Shown: positions 60,211-64,000 of the stretch, in pieces | How positions within the stretch are numbered: the first letter of the stretch is position 1 | Layout: each line of letters begins with the position of its first letter | Source: Candidatus Bathyarchaeia archaeon | GTDB lineage: Archaea > Thermoproteota > Bathyarchaeia > Bathyarchaeales > Bathycorpusculaceae | Assembly (NCBI GenBank): GCA_050010755.1 | Contig: JBEKKK010000001.1 | Location: 1,216,001-1,280,000, forward strand | DNA: 64,000 bases | Direction: 5' to 3' | Position numbers and translations under genes: made by a program | Notes under the pieces: model-generated | What the model was told of the DNA's origin: nothing | The model's input: only the letters and a program-made list of their open reading frames with translations | The model's database searches: none

Positions 60211-60975
60211 TTGCTTGAAGACTTAAAGCATGTGAAATCAATAGTTCCAACTGGGGAGAAACATTTGGAGACACGTAAAGAGCTAATCAACAGACTTCTG
60301 AATGACTACGGCACTGACACTCAGGTTCTTGGAATCATACAGGTTGGGTCTATTGTGAAGGGCTATGCTGACAAACACTCCGATGTTGATCTTGAGATAG
60401 TAGTCACCGAAGACAAGTACACTGAACTTGAAAGGAATTCTCAGAAAATAGTTCATACGGAAAAGTATGACTTGCGTTTCACCACAGCGATCAAACTCCG
60501 ACGAATCAGGGATTCCGATGCGGATGAAGATCACTGGGACTATCAAAAATCCATCGTCTTGCTAGACAAGACCCGCAACCTCCAGAAGATCCTGAACCAA
60601 ATCATCACGTATGACGAGGGCTCAAGGATTGACAGGCTGAAACGACATTATAAAGAGTATTGGGGGAACACATTGGATGCATTCAGTTGCCTTGAGCACG
60701 AAAACCAATGGGGATCGAAAATATATGCCGCCCTTTCCATTCAGGAATTAATTCGAGTGTTGTTCAACTTCAACCATCGTTGGTCTCCGAGGCTCCAATG
60801 GGCTTTCAGAGAGATTCAGACGCTCCAGAAAAAACCGAAAAAACTCGAAACGCAGCTACAGAACATTCTGAACAAGCCTGAAACAAGCAAATTGTCCCGA
60901 CTCTGGAACCAGACAGCCACCCTCCTACGAGAAGAGAAGTGCACGTGGATTGATCATCCCGAAGAGCTTCTCTAG
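60211..60975 (+). CDS. Nucleotidyltransferase (pol beta-like) with helical C-terminal domain
   Basis: GS.VKG.AD..SDVDL motif; LF..N..W.P..QW. Confidence 0.78.
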   Translation: MLEDLKHVKSIVPTGEKHLETRKELINRLLNDYGTDTQVLGIIQVGSIVKGYADKHSDVDLEIVVTEDKYTELERNSQKIVHTEKYDLRFTTAIKLRRIRDSDADEDHWDYQKSIVLLDKTRNLQKILNQIITYDEGSRIDRLKRHYKEYWGNTLDAFSCLEHENQWGSKIYAALSIQELIRVLFNFNHRWSPRLQWAFREIQTLQKKPKKLETQLQNILNKPETSKLSRLWNQTATLLREEKCTWIDHPEELL

Positions 60976-61434
60976 GATGCGGACTTTGCTGAGCCTGAAC
61001 AGCGCGCGCTTCAGACTAAAACCCTCAGCTGGAGCAGGGATATGCATAGAAAGACTCGGCAGCTGGATTGTTGGAGCCAAGCACACTGGAGAGACGCAGG
61101 TTTTTCCAAAAAATACCAGGAATATTTCATGACTTACGAAGCGCAGAAAAACTTCAAACCCAAGCGCGCGTTCCTGAAACCTTGTCGTCTTTCTTGGCCC
61201 TCGCAAACTCATTTTCTAGACTGCGCTTTTTCAGAGTTTTCGTGAATGAACTTGATGTTCTGTCGGCAATAGTCTGTTTTGACGAGCTGAAGTGAGAGAG
61301 AGCGCTGACCGTCAAGACAATTCTTTCCATTAGGCATTAAATCAGAATTCGCAGAAGCAAATTCTGGGTTTTGGGTTGAACAGATGAAGATTTCAAAATG
61401 ACGCGAAGCTTCTCTTGTGAGAAAGAGGCGATGT

Positions 61435-62688
61435 TTAGATTTGTTTTGTGTCTTGTTCGAACACTTTGTAGTGGACAAATATGGCGATGGGGATGACGCT
61501 TGCCGCTAGCATCAGGAAGGGCAAGGGTCTCCAAACATAGGAGAAGAGAACGCCTATGAGTAACTGTGTGAATGCTTGGGCCAGATAGCCAAAGAATTGG
61601 CTGCAGCCGACGACTCTTCCTCTCAGTTCTCTCGGAGTTAAATCGCCTATGAGAGCCTGATAGCTGCTTGATTGGAGCACTTGGCCGAGCCCGAAGAAAA
61701 AGAAGGCGAGAACAAGCAAGTAGAAGTTTCCAAAAACGAAAATAACCATCGCAGGTCCGTAGCAGAGATAGGATGCGATGAGGTAATTTTTCCGTCCGAA
61801 TTTGTCCATTCTTAAACCGGCGATTACGCTGGGAACCGCAACAGTCAACGACATCAACGCCATAAGGAGGGCCCACTGAAAGTTCGTAATTTCGAGATTC
61901 TCAGTGGCGTAGATGATGAAGTACGTACTGCATCCAACTACTAGGCTGTTTAAGGCAGCGTTGGATATGAACAGGTAATAGACGGATTTCGGGGTTTGGC
62001 TCCAGATGTTCAGGCTTTGTTTAACTGCTTCTGGATATTCTCTGAAAGCGGCTAGGAGGCTAGGACGTGCATCCCCTTTTCGGGTGGTTAGGGGCAACGT
62101 TTCTTTCAGCTTAACCCTTAGGAATGCGGCTGCAAAATAGGCTATCATTGCTATAGAATAGGCGATTCGCATGCCGATGTTCAATTTGAATATCAAGACT
62201 AGATATCCCGCGATGAGTGCCGCAGGCAATCCCACAAGATTCGTTATCACTGCCTGCGCGGAAAAACCTGTACCGCGATTTTCAGGGGAAACTGAATCGA
62301 GCATGATTGCAAACAATGCCGGTTGGTACAACAGGCAAAAATTTTGGATCACCGTTCCCACGACTATCAGAGGCCAAGAAGGCGCGAAAATGAAGAAGAC
62401 ATATCCTAAGGCAACTCCAAAAGTCATTGTGTAAACAAGCCATCGACGTCCATGCTTGTCTGCAAGATAGCCGCCTGGGATTTGAACCAAAGCGATGGCG
62501 ATTAATCCTGAGAAAGCAATTACACCCAGAAGGAAGTCATTTGCGCCAAGAACGGTTTTGAAGTATTCGTTCGCATAGGTGCCAGGAATGGGGCCTGCAG
62601 CATTCATCAGAATCCAAGTAATGACCATTATTAGAAAATTGCCAGTGAGAAACGCAGATCGATTGCGCAAACGATCGAACAAACCCAT
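61435..62688 (-). CDS. MFS transporter
   Basis: GGYLADKHGRR, DKFGRK, P.ELRGR; about 12 TM. Confidence 0.92.
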   Translation of the reverse strand: MGLFDRLRNRSAFLTGNFLIMVITWILMNAAGPIPGTYANEYFKTVLGANDFLLGVIAFSGLIAIALVQIPGGYLADKHGRRWLVYTMTFGVALGYVFFIFAPSWPLIVVGTVIQNFCLLYQPALFAIMLDSVSPENRGTGFSAQAVITNLVGLPAALIAGYLVLIFKLNIGMRIAYSIAMIAYFAAAFLRVKLKETLPLTTRKGDARPSLLAAFREYPEAVKQSLNIWSQTPKSVYYLFISNAALNSLVVGCSTYFIIYATENLEITNFQWALLMALMSLTVAVPSVIAGLRMDKFGRKNYLIASYLCYGPAMVIFVFGNFYLLVLAFFFFGLGQVLQSSSYQALIGDLTPRELRGRVVGCSQFFGYLAQAFTQLLIGVLFSYVWRPLPFLMLAASVIPIAIFVHYKVFEQDTKQI

Positions 62689-62841
62689 CGGAAACTTTCA
62701 CGCATTGCCGCAATATAAGCAGAGACTCCATGCGCAATTGAATTGCTGAAGAGAGTGGACCCATTCTGAGCTTTCGAATGCCTTGGAATATGGAAGTTCG
62801 CTCTTGCCGATAGCAGGTGTGTCAAAAGTCTTAAGGCTTGC

Positions 62842-64000
62842 TTATTTTAACATCGGCATCTTCACATTTTTCTCTTTTGCAATCCTCTGGGCCTTCTCGT
62901 AGCCTGCGTCTGCGTGTCTGACTATCGCCATTCCAGGGTCTGTCGTCAGCACAGTTTCTATTCGGCGTTCCATTTCATCGGTTCCGTCGGCTACCAAGCA
63001 CATTCCAGCATGAATACTGTAGCCTATACCGACGCCGCCCCCGTGGTGCACGCTTACCCATGTTGCCCCGCCTACAGCGTTTATTAGAGCGTTGAGTATG
63101 GGCCAGTCCGCAACGGCGTCGCTTCCGTCTTTCATGCCTTCGGTCTCCCGGTTCGGTGAAGCAACGCTTCCTCCGTCCAGATGATCCCTGCCTATCCACA
63201 CCGGTCCAGAAAGACTGCCATCCGCAACCATGCGGTTTATGATTTTTCCGAACCTTGCCCTTTCACCGAAGCCGAGCCAACAGACCCTTGCAGGCAAGCC
63301 TTGAAACTTCACCTGCTCCTTGGCTTTCATTATCCAGCGGCACAGCTCCTTGTTATAAGCGAAATCCTTCAGAAGCACATCATCCAACTTGTAAATATCG
63401 TCCTCGCTGCCTACTAGCGACGCCCAGCGGAACGGCCCCTTTCCCTCGCAAAACATCGGTCTGACGTATCGCTGCACGAAGCCTGGAAAAGCAAACGCCT
63501 CTTTGAAGCCTGCCTCGCTAGCCTGTTCCCGCAGGTTGTTTCCGTAATCAAACGTCACAGCGCCTTTCCGCATCATCTTGACCATGGTTTCAACGTGCAA
63601 TCGCATGCTCTGGCTGGCTCGTCTGAGATATTCTTTCTGGTCGCTCTTTCTCAGCTCATCCGCCTTTTCCTTGCTCAGGCCTGCCGGATAGTAACCATTC
63701 AGAGGGTCGTGCGCGCTGGTCTGATCCGTCAGGACATTAGGGATAATGCCTCTTCTCAGAAGTTCAGGGTGCACTTCCGCAGCGTTACCGAGTAAACCTA
63801 TGCTTTTCGCGACGCCGTCATGTTTTGCCTCCAGAGCCAAGTTAATGGCTTCGTCCAAGCTGTCGGTCCACGTTTCCAGATACTTGAGCCTAATCCTCCG
63901 CTCAATCGCATGCTTGTCAACATCCACAACCAAGGCGACGCCACCGTTCATGGTCACGGCCAGAGGCTGAGCGCCTCCCATTTCACCCAGACCCGCGGTC
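62842..64000 (-). CDS. hutU: Urocanate hydratase (5' end outside window)
   Basis: [49 protein letters not shown]. Confidence 0.96.
   Translation of the reverse strand, partial: TAGLGEMGGAQPLAVTMNGGVALVVDVDKHAIERRIRLKYLETWTDSLDEAINLALEAKHDGVAKSIGLLGNAAEVHPELLRRGIIPNVLTDQTSAHDPLNGYYPAGLSKEKADELRKSDQKEYLRRASQSMRLHVETMVKMMRKGAVTFDYGNNLREQASEAGFKEAFAFPGFVQRYVRPMFCEGKGPFRWASLVGSEDDIYKLDDVLLKDFAYNKELCRWIMKAKEQVKFQGLPARVCWLGFGERARFGKIINRMVADGSLSGPVWIGRDHLDGGSVASPNRETEGMKDGSDAVADWPILNALINAVGGATWVSVHHGGGVGIGYSIHAGMCLVADGTDEMERRIETVLTTDPGMAIVRHADAGYEKAQRIAKEKNVKMPMLK

Noticed and set aside
63979-63999. [10 protein letters not shown] instead of GLGGMGGAQP in HutU
   Set aside because: A single substitution in an otherwise canonical enzyme; probably a natural variant.

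Overview
Archaeal chromosome segment, most likely Bathyarchaeia/TACK (inferred from gene content and style: aIF5B, Topo VI, thermosome, Smc-ScpAB, dockerin/NosD/PKD surface proteins, REC-PAS-HK kinase). The housekeeping backbone is: eno-rps2-MEMO-mvk-ipk-fni-GGPPS-gltX-srp19 / rps8e; smc-scpA-scpB; metK, thermosome, infB, top6BA, cdd, ABCE1, THUMP, cgi121, hutU. Two accessory regions interrupt it. The first (about 8.8-14.6 kb) holds a giant PKD/dockerin surface protein and two back-to-back integrase remnants. The second (about 23.9-36.3 kb) starts at tRNA-Ala(TGC). Its best-supported discovery is a complete 4,325-bp IS6-family cargo transposon (29998-34322; 24-bp TIRs, 8-bp TSD TCTTTTTG) whose single central SWIM/Zn-ribbon/DDE transposase carries passengers on both sides, including an uncharacterised two-gene module with a PD-(D/E)XK nuclease (candidate defence system). 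Other unexplained signals: three tandem ~180-bp units with 13-bp-phased TTAC motifs (also seen beside the tRNA), intergenic (CG)n tracts at gene-fragment junctions, an ultra-acidic 24-aa micropeptide upstream of ABCE1, a C/D box sRNA candidate, a CTG-initiated scpA and a bacterial-type MetK. All calls come from reading the sequence; no database searches were run.
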